DNA of 37,695 nucleotides from a virus (Duplodnaviria; Heunggongvirae; Uroviricota; Caudoviricetes): IMG/VR virus record IMGVR_UViG_2541047812_000003; one strand, 5' to 3'. Shown piece by piece: positions 36,017 to 37,695 of this stretch (position 1 is its first letter; each line of letters starts with the position of its first letter). The notes under the pieces were generated by a model. It saw only the letters and a program-made list of their open reading frames with translations, ran no database searches and was not told where the DNA came from. The position numbers and the translations under genes were made by a program.

Positions 36017-36697
36017 ATGCATCGTATAGACACGAAAACCGCGCAGAAGGATAAGTTCGGCGCGGGTAAGAACGGTTTTACCCGTGGTAACCCCCAGACT
36101 GGCACGCCTGCCACCGATCTGGATGATGACTACTTTGATATGTTGCAGGAAGAACTCTGCAGCGTGGTGGAGGCATCCGGTGCCAGCCTGGAGAAGGCGC
36201 GGCACGACCAGTTGCTTACCGCGCTTCGTGCGCTGCTGTTAAGCCGCAAGAATCCGTTTGGCGATATCAAATCGGATGGCACGGTGAAAACGGCTCTCGA
36301 AAACCTTGGTTTGGGAGAAGCGGCAACGAGGAACGTCGGAACGGATACCGGGCAAGTACCAGATATGAGTAGTTTTACAACGGGGCACTCTGGAGCAGCA
36401 GACTGGCCGAATCCTAAATCTGGATGGAGTAAGGGGCCGGATGGGGTAATTACACAATGGGGTATTTTCGGTTTCCCCGTTGGACAGACAGGGACGAATG
36501 TTGTTTTCCCGCTACCTTTCCCCGCGCGGGTCGAATCAATTACACTGACAATGGCAGATATCCAGGAGTCTCTGCTTTCTCCAACAACCATGCCTGCTTA
36601 TGGAGTTAACTCAACTGGTACTTCAAGAACGGGTTTTACAGCCCGTATGTCAGGTAGCGGTGGGTTTAATCTTTGCTATATAGCGAAAGGGAGATAA
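36017..36697 (+). CDS. tail fiber protein (short e14/Mu-type fiber with a recombination site inside the coding sequence)
   Basis: 226 aa; conserved N-terminal ~95 aa ([47 protein letters not shown]...), then a Gly/Ser/Thr-rich variable C-terminus beginning at the crossover site. Confidence 0.7.
   Translation: MHRIDTKTAQKDKFGAGKNGFTRGNPQTGTPATDLDDDYFDMLQEELCSVVEASGASLEKARHDQLLTALRALLLSRKNPFGDIKSDGTVKTALENLGLGEAATRNVGTDTGQVPDMSSFTTGHSGAADWPNPKSGWSKGPDGVITQWGIFGFPVGQTGTNVVFPLPFPARVESITLTMADIQESLLSPTTMPAYGVNSTGTSRTGFTARMSGSGGFNLCYIAKGR
36294..36319. other. Gin/Pin/Hin-family DNA invertase crossover site (gix/pix-like)
   Basis: CTCTCGAAAACC-TT-GGTTTGGGAGAA: two 12-bp imperfect inverted half-sites around a 2-bp core, matching the AAACC..GGTTT architecture of serine-invertase sites; lies at codons ~93-101 of the tail fiber gene. 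Confidence 0.5.
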
Positions 36698-36701
36698 CAG
36701 A

Positions 36702-37145
36702 ATGAATAAAGTTAAAAGTGTTTACAGCCCTTCCGAAAATGCAATCTACAACGCAGCGCTATACGAAAGTTATATCAAGGAGGGGACATGGCCGCAGGAT
36801 GGTATTGAAATCAGCGATGAGGATGCTGTCAGATTTAATGGGGGAAATAAGCCAACAGGAAAAATGCTGGGAATGGTTTCAGGGGCCCTTGCATGGGTTG
36901 ATGAGCCGCCGCTTTCACCAGAACAGAAAATATCAGATGCAGAAAACATGAAAGCCACATTTCGTGCAAAAGCTGACAGTGAAATATCCTGGCGTCAGGA
37001 TGCTGTTGATGCGGGCATTGCAACTGATGAAGAAACTTCAACTCTCACCCAATGGAAGAAATACCGTGTGCTGCTGATGCGTGTTGATACTTCAACAGCA
37101 CCCGATATTGAATGGCCTACGCCTCCGGCAGTTCAGGCCAGATGA
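36702..37145 (+). CDS. tail fiber assembly protein (Tfa)
   Basis: 147 aa; C-terminal region (ETSTLTQWKKYRVLLMRVDTSTAPDIEWPTPP) typical of Tfa chaperones; 4 bp after the fiber stop. Confidence 0.75.
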   Translation: MNKVKSVYSPSENAIYNAALYESYIKEGTWPQDGIEISDEDAVRFNGGNKPTGKMLGMVSGALAWVDEPPLSPEQKISDAENMKATFRAKADSEISWRQDAVDAGIATDEETSTLTQWKKYRVLLMRVDTSTAPDIEWPTPPAVQAR

Positions 37146-37695
37146 CATCCGGCGCGGTGCTGGTATCTGTTACCGTCACCGCGTCAATGTAATCCAGCAC
37201 GGCGTTAAGTCGGGTTGTTTCTGCCTGCGTCAGCTTCCGCCCGGCCTGTAATTTCAGTTGAATCAGACTGATGGAAGCCATTGCAGCATCAATCAGCGAC
37301 TGGCGCTGTGCTTCTGCCGCGTCTACTGCGGCACTATGCTGTGCCTCAGTATCTGTCACCCATTTCTCACCATCCCATTTATCGTATGGCGTTAACGGGA
37401 CGATAGTGGTTGTATTTTCAGGGTAATCACCCGGAGCTGTGATTTCTTTTGATTCTCCCGTTTCGGTGTTATAGACAACTTCACCGCGATGGTCTGGCAC
37501 ATATTCCCATGAGTTTAAATCTGCCGAACGGCAGATTGCATAACCAGCCTTATGTGTGCCAGGAGCATCTAAACAGGAATATGCAGGGATACCGACACCC
37601 ACAGCAAGATATTCAGTTGATGCAGAAATATACTCCCGTGTCTCACTGTCATAGTTATAAACGGTAATCTCTCCTGCCTTTGTGGCAATAAATTT
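37117..37695 (-). CDS. alternative tail fiber assembly protein (Tfa'), convergent, 5' end beyond window
   Basis: Minus-strand ORF open to the window edge (the in-frame upstream codons KFIATKAGEITVYNYDSETREY... have no stop); C-terminus LNAVLDYIDAVTVTDTSTAPDVIWPELP parallels the plus-strand Tfa; the 3' ends of the two tfa genes overlap. Confidence 0.7.
   Translation of the reverse strand, partial: KFIATKAGEITVYNYDSETREYISASTEYLAVGVGIPAYSCLDAPGTHKAGYAICRSADLNSWEYVPDHRGEVVYNTETGESKEITAPGDYPENTTTIVPLTPYDKWDGEKWVTDTEAQHSAAVDAAEAQRQSLIDAAMASISLIQLKLQAGRKLTQAETTRLNAVLDYIDAVTVTDTSTAPDVIWPELPEA

Larger units (their letters stand above)
1445..37695. mobile_element. temperate prophage integrated at thrW (left end and ~36 kb; right end outside window)
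   Basis: Integrase gene starts 15 bp after the tRNA 3' end, followed by a continuous set of phage regulatory, lysis, head and tail genes running to the window edge, where a tail fiber assembly gene is cut off. Confidence 0.85.

Noticed and set aside
21043-36591. Long minus-strand ORFs inside structural genes (for example 21043..21552, 22743..23177, 25458..26048, 31696..32193, 33923..34381, 36130..36591)
   Set aside because: All lie antisense to strongly supported head or tail genes in GC-rich sequence; translations are low-complexity and overlap-rich.
1-37695. CRISPR arrays, insertion sequences, transposases, rRNA genes
   Set aside because: No regularly spaced short repeats with unique spacers, no transposase-like ORFs with terminal inverted repeats, and no rRNA-like sequence were seen by eye.

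Overview
Enterobacterial (E. coli-like) chromosome segment: a complete proA gene, then tRNA-Thr (thrW, anticodon CGT), then the left ~36 kb of a temperate prophage integrated at the tRNA 3' end. The prophage right end lies beyond the window. Calls rest on reading the translated ORFs and the DNA by eye; no database search was run, and family names come from recalled motifs. Prophage order: integrase and excisionase; a leftward early block whose protein lengths match the CPS-53 yfdP-Q-R-S-T genes (from memory); a ~470 bp structured non-coding region; a low-GC orphan gene; a CI-like S24 repressor with divergent Cro and CII-like genes; Rha, a replication protein with internal iteron-like repeats, a possible PerC-like protein, a Dam-type methyltransferase, a LexA N-domain-only protein, RusA, KilA-N, DUF968 and antiterminator Q; a low-GC membrane-anchored cargo gene at the Q-lysis junction; holin, GH19 endolysin and spanins; a GrlR-like moron; HNH, P27-type small terminase, large terminase and HK97-type portal, protease and capsid; a Mu-like contractile tail module with a frameshifted chaperone and a low-GC secreted-protein moron; and an e14/Mu-type tail fiber carrying a Gin/Pin-type crossover site with convergent tfa genes. 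The best candidates for undescribed function are the cargo genes at 15054-15602, 30412-30924 and 5893-6327, and the structured region at 5440-5760. Many ORF-track starts are over-extended to upstream GTG/TTG codons; likely starts were re-picked from internal Met plus Shine-Dalgarno context.
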